This document shows, in pieces, positions 39,524 to 49,086 of a stretch of 64,000 nt of DNA. Location: assembly GCA_951813565.1 (NCBI GenBank), contig OX638351.1:5248001-5312000 (forward strand), given 5' to 3'. Numbering within the stretch: the stretch's first letter is position 1; each line of letters starts with the position of its first letter. The DNA is from an uncultured Poribacteria bacterium (GTDB taxonomy: Bacteria > Poribacteria > WGA-4E > WGA-3G). The position numbers and the translations under genes are program-made. The notes under the pieces are model-generated. The model did no database searches. It saw only the letters and a list, made by a program, of their open reading frames with translations, and was not told the DNA's origin.

Positions 39524-41086
39524 ATGAAGAAAATTGAACGCGCACTTATCAGCACTTACGACAAAGCAGGTCTTTTAGAAATTGCGAATACATTCGTGCA
39601 ACATAGGGTAGAAATTCTTTCCACTGGCGGCACTGCTCAACACCTTCGAGAGTCAGGAATAGAGATCACGGATGTCTCTGACTATACCGGTTTCCCAGAG
39701 ATGTTAGATGGTAGGGTTAAGACACTCCACCCAAAAGTCCACGGCGGGCTACTTGCGCAGTGGGATAATGCAGAACACGCAGCACAAGCCAACGATAATG
39801 AAATAAAACCTATTGACATGGTGATATGCAACTTGTATCCGTTTGAAGCGACCATTGCCAAACCTAATGTTACACTTGAAGAAGCGATTGAGAATATAGA
39901 CATCGGTGGACCGACAATGATTCGCGCTGCAGCAAAGAATTATAAACATGTTGCTGTCCTCACAAACCCTGATCAATATCCACAAATTATCGCTGACTTA
40001 GATGCCAACGATGGGTGTCTATCCGAAGATGTCCGATTTGAATTGGCAAAAACGGCATTTCTCCACACCGCACACTATGACAGTGTGGTTTCTACCTATC
40101 TCGCCAATTTAGAAACTGATGACGAATTTGGTGATGTTTTAACGCTCCACTTCCAGAAAGTAGATTCGTTAAGATACGGTGAAAATCCGCATCAAAGTGC
40201 TGCTTTCTATAGAACTGAGGATGCACCAACAACATGCGCTGCATGGGCAAAACAACTGAATGGACCACCATTATCGTTCAACAACATCCTTGATTTAGAT
40301 GCTGCCTTAGAGATTGTGAAAGACTTTAAAACGCCTACCTGTGCGATCATCAAGCATAATAACCCATGCGGACTTGCGACTGCTGGTAACCTAAAAGATG
40401 CCTTCACAAATGCCCTTGAATGCGATAGAACTTCTGCCTTCGGTTCAATTGTGGGTTTAAATCGTAAAGTGACGATTCAGACAGCGAACACTATTCGAGA
40501 CGCTGCAAAATCGGGTGTGAAAATAGAGGCGATAATCGCGCCGAGTTACACCGAGAAAGCACTTAGTGCATTGTCTCGTGTTACAAATCGCCAGATTTTT
40601 GAAACAGGGGAACTTTCAACATCAGAACCAATTCTACAAATCCGTAATGTGACTGGTGGCGTGCTTGTTCAAGAACAGGATGTACATAACATTGAAAAAA
40701 GTGACTTACAATTTGTCACTAAACGTAAACCCACGGACGAAGAGATAGAATCTTTGCTTTTTGCCTGGAAGGCATGTAAACATGTCAAATCCAACTGTAT
40801 CCTGCTTGCGCAAGGCACACAGACTGTCGGTATCGGTGCGGGACAAATGAGCCGTGTAGATGCTGCCATAATTGCTGTCCGCAAGGCAGGTGAAAAGACA
40901 AAAGACGCAGTTTTAGCCTCTGATGCATTTTTCCCATTTCCCGATGGTGTAGAGATTGCGGGTGAAGCAGGTATCCGCGCGATTATCCAACCCGGTGGGT
41001 CAGTCAATGACGAGTCTGTGATTGAAACAGCTGATAAATTTGGTATGGCGATGGTATTTACAGGTGTCCGACACTTTCGGCATTAG
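39524..41086 (+). CDS. purH: Bifunctional AICAR formyltransferase/IMP cyclohydrolase
   Basis: STGGT, GRVKTLHP, IDIGGP, LRYGENPHQ, KHNNPCG, ASDAFFPF, RHFRH. Confidence 0.97.
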   Translation: MKKIERALISTYDKAGLLEIANTFVQHRVEILSTGGTAQHLRESGIEITDVSDYTGFPEMLDGRVKTLHPKVHGGLLAQWDNAEHAAQANDNEIKPIDMVICNLYPFEATIAKPNVTLEEAIENIDIGGPTMIRAAAKNYKHVAVLTNPDQYPQIIADLDANDGCLSEDVRFELAKTAFLHTAHYDSVVSTYLANLETDDEFGDVLTLHFQKVDSLRYGENPHQSAAFYRTEDAPTTCAAWAKQLNGPPLSFNNILDLDAALEIVKDFKTPTCAIIKHNNPCGLATAGNLKDAFTNALECDRTSAFGSIVGLNRKVTIQTANTIRDAAKSGVKIEAIIAPSYTEKALSALSRVTNRQIFETGELSTSEPILQIRNVTGGVLVQEQDVHNIEKSDLQFVTKRKPTDEEIESLLFAWKACKHVKSNCILLAQGTQTVGIGAGQMSRVDAAIIAVRKAGEKTKDAVLASDAFFPFPDGVEIAGEAGIRAIIQPGGSVNDESVIETADKFGMAMVFTGVRHFRH

Positions 41087-41234
41087 TTTCTGAAATTATA
41101 AAATCTTGATTTGATTAGGGCAATATGTTATAATCAAACAAAGGTCTATACTTGGAAATTAATAACGAAGCGTCCTTTACCCTCACTTTTGTAGCGCAAG
41201 TAGTTCGCTACTTTCCATCCAAAGGATAACGAAC

Positions 41235-41984
41235 ATGAAAAAACTGATTTTCTTTATTCCCTTTGTTGTTATTTTCGTTGCAATTTACTGGTACACAAAC
41301 TTTCACACACGCGATGCTACAAACAAACTTACGGAGCATCCCCTTGTTGAAGAACAAACGGATACTAACACAGTACTATCAGATCAAAATGCAAAAAAAC
41401 CAAGTGTTCCCAAACTTACTGATGAATCTGATCCATCAGTCCATGATAAAGTTCCAAATCATTTGCAGGAAAAGGCTGATGTAACAAATGAAGAATTGGC
41501 AGATCATGACTCGCCAAACGAAGACCTCGTGAATGAACAATCTCTTCAAAGAGATCCATGGAAGGAGATTATTGACGCGGAAATGGAAGCAATAGCGCGT
41601 GGGACGTGGATAGGCGATCCAGAAACGATGGATCCAGATGAACTTCATAGTGCAGTATATAACCAACTCCTTGAAAGGTTTGGAGATATTCCACAAGTAC
41701 ATACCTACATGGAGTATAGCCGAAAGACTACGAATAATGCTCCCATGACATTAGATGAAAGAATTGCCGGATTGGAAGCAATGAATCATTTGTTTCCATC
41801 CGGATCAACCCGCCGCACACTTGTGTATTATAAGTGGACGCAAGCAAATGGTGGTTATTATGATAATCCCTTTGCTCAAGGGATAATTTCAGATGCGGAT
41901 ATTAAAGAACTTCAAAATTCAGGTATCACGGTTAAGATAGACGAGACAGATCAGAGGGTTAGAATTCGTATTTCAACGAAATAA
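41235..41984 (+). CDS. Hypothetical membrane-anchored protein (paralog of 57674)
   Basis: TM, acidic linker, FGDIPQV...GLEAMNHLFP. Confidence 0.7.
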   Translation: MKKLIFFIPFVVIFVAIYWYTNFHTRDATNKLTEHPLVEEQTDTNTVLSDQNAKKPSVPKLTDESDPSVHDKVPNHLQEKADVTNEELADHDSPNEDLVNEQSLQRDPWKEIIDAEMEAIARGTWIGDPETMDPDELHSAVYNQLLERFGDIPQVHTYMEYSRKTTNNAPMTLDERIAGLEAMNHLFPSGSTRRTLVYYKWTQANGGYYDNPFAQGIISDADIKELQNSGITVKIDETDQRVRIRISTK

Positions 41985-42108
41985 TTTTATAAAGCAGGAC
42001 TTCACATAAACGTTAGCGCGCTTCGTAAGCGCGCTAACTTCTTAGAATCCTGCTGAAAATCACACTTTCAATTGTTGTAAATGTATAATTCGCTCAGGAA
42101 AATGAAAA

Positions 42109-43281
42109 TTGCCTACCACATTCTCACTCCCATCCATGATAATCACCGGTGCTGGTGCATCCGAAAAAGTCGGTGAACAAGCCAAACGACTTGGTGCTAC
42201 GAATGCGCTTATCGTGACAGATCCGGGCATTGCCAAAATCGGATACGCAGACCAGATTGCCAAGAACTTACACAATGCTGGAATAGCCACCTCTACTTTC
42301 TCTGATGTTACACCCGATCCAACATTACAAAACGTCACTGATGGACTAAAGCAATACCGTGCGGAAAACTGTGATGTGATAATAAGCATCGGTGGTGGCA
42401 GTGCGATTGATTGCGGTAAAGGCATCGCCATGAAACTCACAAACGATGGCGAATTTGCTAACTATATGGGTGTGGATAAAATTCCGAATCCGGGTGCGCC
42501 GCTGATTGCGATCCCTACTACTGCTGGAACAGGAAGCGAAGTTACAAAAGTCACCGTTATCACCGACACGGATCGTAATGTCAAAATGATGCTGAGCAGT
42601 GCTTGTTTGTTGCCATCAGTTGCATTGGTCGATCCGTTGCTGTCCCTCACAACTCCTCCACACCTGACAGCAGCTGTTGGCGTTGATGCACTAACGCACG
42701 CAATAGAGGCATATATCTCAAAACGTGCACAACCGCTTACGGACGTGCTTGCATTGAAAGCAATCAGGTTGATTTCAGGTTCACTTCGTCAAGCATGGTC
42801 AGATGGCGAAAACATCTTTGCACGCTCAGATATGATGCTTGGCGCGTCAATAGCAGGTATGGCGTTCAGCAATTCGTCTGTGGCGTTAGTCCACGGCATG
42901 TCCCGACCAATTGGAGCATATTTTCATATCCATCACGGATTATCAAACGCTGTGTTACTGCTTGATGTGATGGAATTTAGCATTGTCGGCGCGCCTAAAC
43001 GATTTGCCGATATAGCAGAAGCGATGGGCGAACCTATTGATGGGCTTTCTCCAATGAAACAGGCAGATGCAGCGATTTTTGCAGTTGAACGTCTCGTCAA
43101 CGATATTCAGATGCCTCACCTTGGTGAAATCGGTATTGATAAGGAGAAGTTTGAGCAGGTTATCGATCAGATGGCAGTTGATGCTATCGCAAGTGGCAGT
43201 CCTGCGAACAATCCGCGCCAAGCATCTGCAGAAGATATAGCCGCGTTGTATCGGAAATGTTTCTCCCCACGCAATACATAA
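42109..43281 (+). CDS. Iron-containing alcohol dehydrogenase
   Basis: GGGSAIDCGK, IPTTAGTGSE, DALTHAIE, LVHGM, HGLSNA. Confidence 0.95.
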   Translation: MPTTFSLPSMIITGAGASEKVGEQAKRLGATNALIVTDPGIAKIGYADQIAKNLHNAGIATSTFSDVTPDPTLQNVTDGLKQYRAENCDVIISIGGGSAIDCGKGIAMKLTNDGEFANYMGVDKIPNPGAPLIAIPTTAGTGSEVTKVTVITDTDRNVKMMLSSACLLPSVALVDPLLSLTTPPHLTAAVGVDALTHAIEAYISKRAQPLTDVLALKAIRLISGSLRQAWSDGENIFARSDMMLGASIAGMAFSNSSVALVHGMSRPIGAYFHIHHGLSNAVLLLDVMEFSIVGAPKRFADIAEAMGEPIDGLSPMKQADAAIFAVERLVNDIQMPHLGEIGIDKEKFEQVIDQMAVDAIASGSPANNPRQASAEDIAALYRKCFSPRNT

Positions 43282-43343
43282 TTATTTTCAAAGTTAGCAC
43301 ATATCAACAAAGTTTAAAACCAAAAGCGTGTAGAGACAGAATA

Positions 43344-44909
43344 ATGGCACAAACACCAATTATTGAAATGTGTGGTATCAGCAAAAGGTTTGGGCAGGTA
43401 CAAGCAAACGATGTTGTGGATTTTTCGTTACAGCGAGGCGAAATTCACGCTATAGTTGGCGAAAATGGTGCAGGCAAATCTACCTTGATGAAAATCCTTT
43501 ACGGTTTATATCAACCGGACAAAGGGGAAATCTATGTTGATGGTCAACCTGTGACCATCTCCTCACCGAAGCGTGCCATGCGTCTTGGTTTAGGCATGAT
43601 TCAGCAACACTTTACATTAATCCCTGCTTTCACTGCCCTTCAAAACATTATCCTCGCAAAAGAGACGCGTAAATTCGGAACCCTTCTTGATTACCAAAAG
43701 GCTGAAGATAAGATAACAAGACTCGCTGAACAAGTTGGGTTTGATGTGCCTTTGAACACCCCCATAGAATCACTACCAATCGGTGCACAGCAACACACAG
43801 AAATATTGAAAGTCCTCTATCACGGTGCAGAAATACTAATTATGGATGAACCGACTGCTGTGCTTGTCCCACAAGAAATTGAGGGATTGTTTGAATGCAT
43901 GCGCGGTCTCAAAAGAGAAGGTAGAAGTATCATCATTATTACCCATAAACTTGATGAAGTGATGACGATAGCCGATACTGTTACGGTGATGCGCCATGGA
44001 AAAACCGTCATTACATGCCCTATTTCTGAAACTAATCCGCATCAACTGGCAGAACAGATTCTTGGTGAGCCAGTTCTTCAGCACGCGATAGAACGGAAAG
44101 AAACCAACCAAGAAAATCCTATGCTGCAGTTAGAAGATGTATCAGTGAAAACGGGGACTGGTAAAAACCTTCTTGATGGAATCAATCTTGATGTGTTCTC
44201 TGGTGAAATTGTCGGAATAGCAGGTGTAGAAGGAAACGGTCAGACGGAATTAGTTGAAATCCTGACAGGATTACGACAAATCCATAGCGGTAAAATTATT
44301 TTAAATGGGGAATCCGTGGTCAACAGTTCAACAGCAGAATTTCGTGAAAAACAGGTCGCGCATCTGCCCGCAGATAGACACCGCCACGGTGTTAGTCTGA
44401 ATAATCGAATTGATGAGAATTTTATCATTGGTAGACATAAACAGAAACTGTTTTCTCGCAACGCTATGTTGCATCAAAAAAACATCCAAAGATTTGCTTT
44501 TAATGCACTTGATAAATATCAAATTCTAGTTGGAGATATAACGCACCAGATCAAAACACTTTCCGGTGGAAATCAGCAGAAAGTGGTTGTTGCCCGTGAA
44601 TTGTCTGGCAATCCTACCCTTATTATTGCTGCACATCCGACACGCGGATTGGACGTTCATGCTGCGAAGTTTGTTCACACACGACTTATTCAGGCGCGGA
44701 ACCGTGGAAAAGCAGTTTTACTTGTGTCTTCGGAACTGGATGAACTCTTACTACTTAGCGATAGAATTGCAGTCATGTATAATGGCAGGATCGCAGGAAT
44801 TGTCAAACCAGATGACATAGGTCAGCAGGAATTGGGTGCGTTGATGCTTGGCTTGAAAAAGAGCGGAATGATGAACAGGAAAGGAAGAGCAGCAGAAAAC
44901 AATGAATAG
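43344..44909 (+). CDS. ABC transporter ATP-binding protein (CUT2 sugar/nucleoside type, two domains)
   Basis: GENGAGKST, MDEPT, GVEGNGQ, LSGGNQQK, PTRGLD. Confidence 0.92.
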   Translation: MAQTPIIEMCGISKRFGQVQANDVVDFSLQRGEIHAIVGENGAGKSTLMKILYGLYQPDKGEIYVDGQPVTISSPKRAMRLGLGMIQQHFTLIPAFTALQNIILAKETRKFGTLLDYQKAEDKITRLAEQVGFDVPLNTPIESLPIGAQQHTEILKVLYHGAEILIMDEPTAVLVPQEIEGLFECMRGLKREGRSIIIITHKLDEVMTIADTVTVMRHGKTVITCPISETNPHQLAEQILGEPVLQHAIERKETNQENPMLQLEDVSVKTGTGKNLLDGINLDVFSGEIVGIAGVEGNGQTELVEILTGLRQIHSGKIILNGESVVNSSTAEFREKQVAHLPADRHRHGVSLNNRIDENFIIGRHKQKLFSRNAMLHQKNIQRFAFNALDKYQILVGDITHQIKTLSGGNQQKVVVARELSGNPTLIIAAHPTRGLDVHAAKFVHTRLIQARNRGKAVLLVSSELDELLLLSDRIAVMYNGRIAGIVKPDDIGQQELGALMLGLKKSGMMNRKGRAAENNE

Positions 44910-44999
44910 GCAAAACACCCCTTCTAACTTTATTAACTTCAAAGTCAATTTAGATTGACAAAATCCTATAACATACGATATTATGCAGAAGGGGTGGTT

Positions 45000-45410
45000 A
45001 TGATGAAATCTATTTTATTTTTCTGCGTCACGTTTTTTGTGATAGTGTCTCCGGTTATTGGTGAGTTGTCTTCTCCGGATCTTGACAAAATTCGCTTGAT
45101 TGTAAAAGAAGAAATCACTAAAGTTGAGACAGAACTCAAAAAAGAAATCGATAAATCCGAGAAGCGGATGAAAGATCACATTGACACTAAATTTGAGACC
45201 GTTGATGTCAAATTTGAGGGCGTTGACGGACGGCTAATGTTAGTCGTAGGATTCGTATCCGCTCTAATCGTCCTAATTGTTGTAACTGTAGGTATTCCGC
45301 AGATTATCATCGCATGGCGTGGAAAAAGCGAACGGGCACAAGATAAGAGGATAGAAGAACTGTCTCAGGAAATAGAAGCACTTAAGAAACAACGTATTGT
45401 AAACCCATAG
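45000..45410 (+). CDS. Hypothetical coiled-coil membrane protein
   Basis: Signal-like N-terminus, heptad coiled coil, one TM, C-terminal coiled coil. Confidence 0.7.
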   Translation: MMKSILFFCVTFFVIVSPVIGELSSPDLDKIRLIVKEEITKVETELKKEIDKSEKRMKDHIDTKFETVDVKFEGVDGRLMLVVGFVSALIVLIVVTVGIPQIIIAWRGKSERAQDKRIEELSQEIEALKKQRIVNP

Positions 45411-45419
45411 AACTCTCAA

Positions 45420-46376
45420 ATGATTATTGATTCACATACACACGCTTGGCCACGCTGGCCCTATCAACCTCCTGTTCCTGATGATGAGAGTCGTGGACAA
45501 GTTGAACAGCTTCTCCACGAAATGGATCGACACAACGTTGACAAAGCTGTGCTTATATGTGCGCGTATTGATAGAAATCCCGATAACAACGACTATGCTG
45601 CAGAATGCGTTAAACGCTATCCAGACCGACTTATTCAGTTCGCAGATGTAGATTGTTCATGGACGGATACATACCACACCGACGGTGCAGCAGATCGTCT
45701 CAAAACCGCAGCAGAAACATACAACCTTAAAGGCTATACGCACTATCTCAGAGGGGATGACGATGGGAGTTGGTTCTTTTCGGAGGAGGGACAACGTTTC
45801 TTCCAAACGACTGCTGAGCTGGGATTAATTGCCAGCATTGCCATGGGAAGTCATCAACACGTGCCACTTCGTAAATTGACAGCACAGTTTCCTACGGTAC
45901 CGTTTCTGTGCCATCACATGGCAGGTGCGCGAGCAGGCGAAGAACATCCTTACCCACAACTCAAAGAAGTCCTTGCTTCTGCAAATGTTCCGAATATCCA
46001 CGTGAAGATGTCAGGGTTTGCTTATGTCTCACAAGTCTCATGGGATTACCCATACTCGGATACACACTGGATTGTGCGTGCGCTTTATGAACACTTTGGT
46101 CCTGGGCGCCTCTGCTGGGGTTCGGACTATCCGGTAGTGCGTAACTTTATGACGTATCAGCACGCGCTTGAAGCGTTCCGCACCCACTGCACTTTTATCC
46201 CCGATGCTGACAAAGCAGAGATTTTAGGAGGCACTCTTCAGCGATTGCTGTCTGAAGCGGGTCAATGGGTGTGTAAAGTTTTTGGCATGAATATCACGCT
46301 GCTTTTGTGTTTGTATACCAATAATTATTCCATGCTTCATTTTTCAACAAACACCTCCACTTCAGCACAGCATTGA
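45420..46376 (+). CDS. Amidohydrolase_2-family metal-dependent hydrolase (C-terminus extended by IS)
   Basis: IIDSHTH, LCHHMA, VKMSG, WGSDYP; the original stop is displaced by the IS at 46267. Confidence 0.9.
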   Translation: MIIDSHTHAWPRWPYQPPVPDDESRGQVEQLLHEMDRHNVDKAVLICARIDRNPDNNDYAAECVKRYPDRLIQFADVDCSWTDTYHTDGAADRLKTAAETYNLKGYTHYLRGDDDGSWFFSEEGQRFFQTTAELGLIASIAMGSHQHVPLRKLTAQFPTVPFLCHHMAGARAGEEHPYPQLKEVLASANVPNIHVKMSGFAYVSQVSWDYPYSDTHWIVRALYEHFGPGRLCWGSDYPVVRNFMTYQHALEAFRTHCTFIPDADKAEILGGTLQRLLSEAGQWVCKVFGMNITLLLCLYTNNYSMLHFSTNTSTSAQH

Positions 46377-47723
46377 TACCCGGTTTCTCCCATCTCATAG
46401 CAGCTTGTTTGCATCTTTGTCCGACAACATGTTTACACGCACTTTCAATCACACCACTGCCAATCTGATACCCTTTTTCTCTAAACGCTTTATACTGCAT
46501 TCGCTTCGCGTGTTTTTCGAAATACCGCGCTTCTCTTTCTAAAATATCCGATACTTCCGGGGTCTGTGTGTCTAAGCCACGAATGCGTGCGGCTACTTCT
46601 GTAATGTTGCCATCATAAAGGATAGGTTCTGTCGTTTTTACCCAGTCTTGTATCGCCTCTGTTTCAGTCTCTCCGAACGCAACTTTAGCAACATCATATA
46701 GATGAGACTTCGCATGCATATAATCCACAATCTCTACAGCATTGGGGAAGTATTCATCCGCTAAGTTCCATATCCACGCTGCACCATCACCAAGAAACAC
46801 AATCTCTTGCGTATCTATCGCTTCTTGGTAGATGCCACTATTGGTTGCTAACGCATATAACTCCTTACCAAAATGTGCCGCATCATTACGCGTTGCGACA
46901 TAACGGATACTTGTCTCTCTCGCACTTGACACCGCATCAGAACCACATTGTGGATAATCTCTGTAAACACAACCGACTTTTGTCTCTTTCCACCCATCAG
47001 GGGAGTTGGTATGACACCCATCACAACTCACATGCCATCGCTCATTTTCTGCGAGTTTTTGAGGTGCCACTTGTTCACAGACGCTCAAATCTTCTGACCA
47101 TTCACTCACTTTGTGTTGGAGCGTCGTGTGGCTGACTTCTATACCTTGATGCGACAACTCCGATGCCGCTTCTCTATAGTCAAGAAGGGCAGACAGACGA
47201 CACATCGCTTCAGCAACACGACGCGTGTATTGACCCAATAACTTCTGTTTGACCTCCCACGGCGCGTGACGATGTCCTTGTTCACAACAATACACCCAAC
47301 GATTTACGCTTGTTTTTCCACAAAGTGTTGTGAAATAACGCGCACGCATACGCAATGGACGACAAAGTTCTTGACACGCTGGACATTCAACTGGTTCACG
47401 CTCTTTCTTATTTGACTTTTTAGAAACACACATTTCTAAAAACTTTTGTTTAAAAGAACAAAATGCTTCGGAAACACGGACTTCAACATCACCTAAAGAT
47501 AAACCCTCGTCAGAATTGATGTCTACATAAAGATCGTTGATCTCTTTTACAAACTCGTTAAAATCTGCTTTGTAATCGTTGCCTTCACAAGGACTTAATG
47601 ATATACTTGGCATTGGTATCCTCTCCTATAATAGTGATAATTATTAGGGTAGGATACCATTTATATACATTTTCTACAAGAACTCCATTCATTTCAATTT
47701 CATGCCAAAAACTTTACACACCC
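46267..47723 (-). mobile_element. ISKra4/ISLre2-like IS, copy 2 (1457 bp)
   Basis: Same TIRs as copy 1; 9-bp TSD CGGGTCAAT. Confidence 0.92.
46294..47613 (-). CDS. ISKra4-like DDE transposase
   Basis: Differs from the 31612 copy at 3 of 439 aa in the ORF track. Confidence 0.9.
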   Translation of the reverse strand: MPSISLSPCEGNDYKADFNEFVKEINDLYVDINSDEGLSLGDVEVRVSEAFCSFKQKFLEMCVSKKSNKKEREPVECPACQELCRPLRMRARYFTTLCGKTSVNRWVYCCEQGHRHAPWEVKQKLLGQYTRRVAEAMCRLSALLDYREAASELSHQGIEVSHTTLQHKVSEWSEDLSVCEQVAPQKLAENERWHVSCDGCHTNSPDGWKETKVGCVYRDYPQCGSDAVSSARETSIRYVATRNDAAHFGKELYALATNSGIYQEAIDTQEIVFLGDGAAWIWNLADEYFPNAVEIVDYMHAKSHLYDVAKVAFGETETEAIQDWVKTTEPILYDGNITEVAARIRGLDTQTPEVSDILEREARYFEKHAKRMQYKAFREKGYQIGSGVIESACKHVVGQRCKQAAMRWEKPGINAVLKWRCLLKNEAWNNYWYTNTKAA

Positions 47724-47739
47724 CGGGTCAATAGTTTCC

Positions 47740-47768
47740 TTGATTTTTTCATAGCGTTCTGGTATAAT
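47740..47768 (+). promoter_or_regulatory. sigma70-type promoter of the 48229 gene
   Basis: TTGATT-17 bp-TATAAT with extended -10 TG. Confidence 0.6.
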
Positions 47769-47839
47769 AAAACTAAAGAGGTGTAATTCCGGCACTTAGG
47801 TCCGGTAAGGTAAATCTGAAATCATAAGGGAGAATTAGT

Positions 47840-48228
47840 GTCATAGCACCCACTACCTGAAGGTAGGGGCTTGTGCTTCGTAGCAGTTTGCCTTATTGCT
47901 AAGGTCTTACGTCTGCTCCACAGTGGGGTCTAAGCAACCCACTTGCTCAAAAGAACAACTATTTTAATAGAGAGTGTGTTTGTCGGATCAATGTTTTTAA
48001 ACTATTGTATCCCTACCACTCATGTTAGAAGCTGAGAAGGCTTAAGCAGTATTGAAGTGCAGGGCTTTTACGTGATTGTTTCACTGCTAAGTTGTCTAAC
48101 GCAACATCAATCACAACCAATGCCGATTGCTATGGATACTATAACAAACTTGACATTATTTGTTAAGCAAAAAAAGGAGCGGGCATTCCTCCCAAGCCTA
48201 AAGACTTGGGTCTCCTGCCCGAAGATTG
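47840..48228 (-). mobile_element. Non-autonomous IS200/IS605 derivative carrying a TnpB-type omegaRNA but no protein (389 bp)
   Basis: Left end CAATCTTCGG identical to the tnpB element, plus a hairpin. Right end CTGTGGAGCAGACGTAAGACC...GAAGCACAAGCCCCTACCTTCAGGTAGTGGG...TGAC resembles TnpB reRNA ends. Removal joins GGAGAATTAGT to ATGAAA. Confidence 0.78.
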
Positions 48229-48882
48229 ATGAAAAGAATATTTGTTTTTACAACGCTTGCACTTATGCTCGTGGTAGGCTTTGTTTTTGCTACAGATACC
48301 CTGATCGTGCAAGGTGAGTATATTGAAGCTCGGTCCGCGAGTGTGTATGTCGGCGCATGCCATTTCGGTGCTGAATTTGTGGAAGGTGGAAAAGAGGCAA
48401 CACTTGTTTGGAATATCCATCGTGGAAGTTGGAACGGTGTTTCGTTGGATGGCTTAACCGTTGTTGCTGTTGTCAGTGCTAAAAACAACTTGGCGATTGA
48501 TACAGAAACACGCAAGAGTGTGTTGTATATGGACACAAAAGCTACGCCAGAACAGCGTGCAGCAATTAGCAACATGCTCGCGACAAAACGTTCTGACGTT
48601 CTCGGTAAAGTCGTTGCAACGCAAATCGCACCTATTACATTCGCTAAAAAGGGCACGAAATATGATGTGACGGTTGGAAAAGTACTCACACTATCTGCAA
48701 ATCGCTACCCGTGCGCGAAATGCACACAACCCCATCAAATTTGGTATGAACCATTGACAAAAGTTCAGAACGCTATTGTCGGCAAATCGGAAGTTTATCG
48801 TTATAAAGATACCCACCTCTCGGTGAATTGGCAGCAAGGCGACGCAGCCAACAACGTCTTTGTCGGTAATTTTTCGATGTAA
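48229..48882 (+). CDS. Secreted DUF1326-like protein
   Basis: Signal peptide; GEYIEAR..VYVGACH...WNIHRGSWNGVSLDGL...ATPEQRAA. Confidence 0.7.
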   Translation: MKRIFVFTTLALMLVVGFVFATDTLIVQGEYIEARSASVYVGACHFGAEFVEGGKEATLVWNIHRGSWNGVSLDGLTVVAVVSAKNNLAIDTETRKSVLYMDTKATPEQRAAISNMLATKRSDVLGKVVATQIAPITFAKKGTKYDVTVGKVLTLSANRYPCAKCTQPHQIWYEPLTKVQNAIVGKSEVYRYKDTHLSVNWQQGDAANNVFVGNFSM

Positions 48883-48889
48883 CATTCTG

Positions 48890-48934
48890 ATGTCTGTAGT
48901 CGTCAGAAAATTGATGGCAGCTACAGACATTTTT
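48890..48934 (+). terminator. Terminator-like hairpin
   Basis: ATGTCTGTAG...CTACAGACAT followed by TTTT. Confidence 0.5.
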
Positions 48935-48945
48935 AGTTACCTGTA

Positions 48946-49068
48946 CAGGACTTACGCACTTTTTCTTAAAGTCCCTCTGATAAGGGGGATTTAGGGGGTT
49001 AAAATACCGAAATTACGGCTTTTTAAGTCCAACTATTTCCTTTTTTTGCTCATTTTGCGTAAGTCCTG
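48946..49068. mobile_element. 123-bp MITE (CAGGACTTACGCA TIR)
   Basis: Perfect 13-bp TIR; 7-bp TSD ACCTGTA; core AAAGTCCCTCTGATAAGGGGGATTTAGGGGG, also seen inverted at ~2871/3282. Confidence 0.85.
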
Positions 49069-49086
49069 ACCTGTATGGTAAAATTA

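Noticed and set aside
43344..44909. Orphan ABC ATPase as a novel system
   Set aside because: It is an ordinary CUT2 ATPase; its permeases are probably elsewhere in a rearranged genome.
31585..47723. Composite transposon formed by the two ISKra4-like copies
   Set aside because: Each copy has its own distinct 9-bp TSD, so they are independent insertions.
47840..48228. IscB/HEARO RNA on the plus strand, or a group I intron/IStron
   Set aside because: Only the first hairpin resembles HEARO, and the minus strand fits a TnpB right end better. The T|...G| junctions would suit a group I intron, but I could not find P7/J8-7 core motifs.
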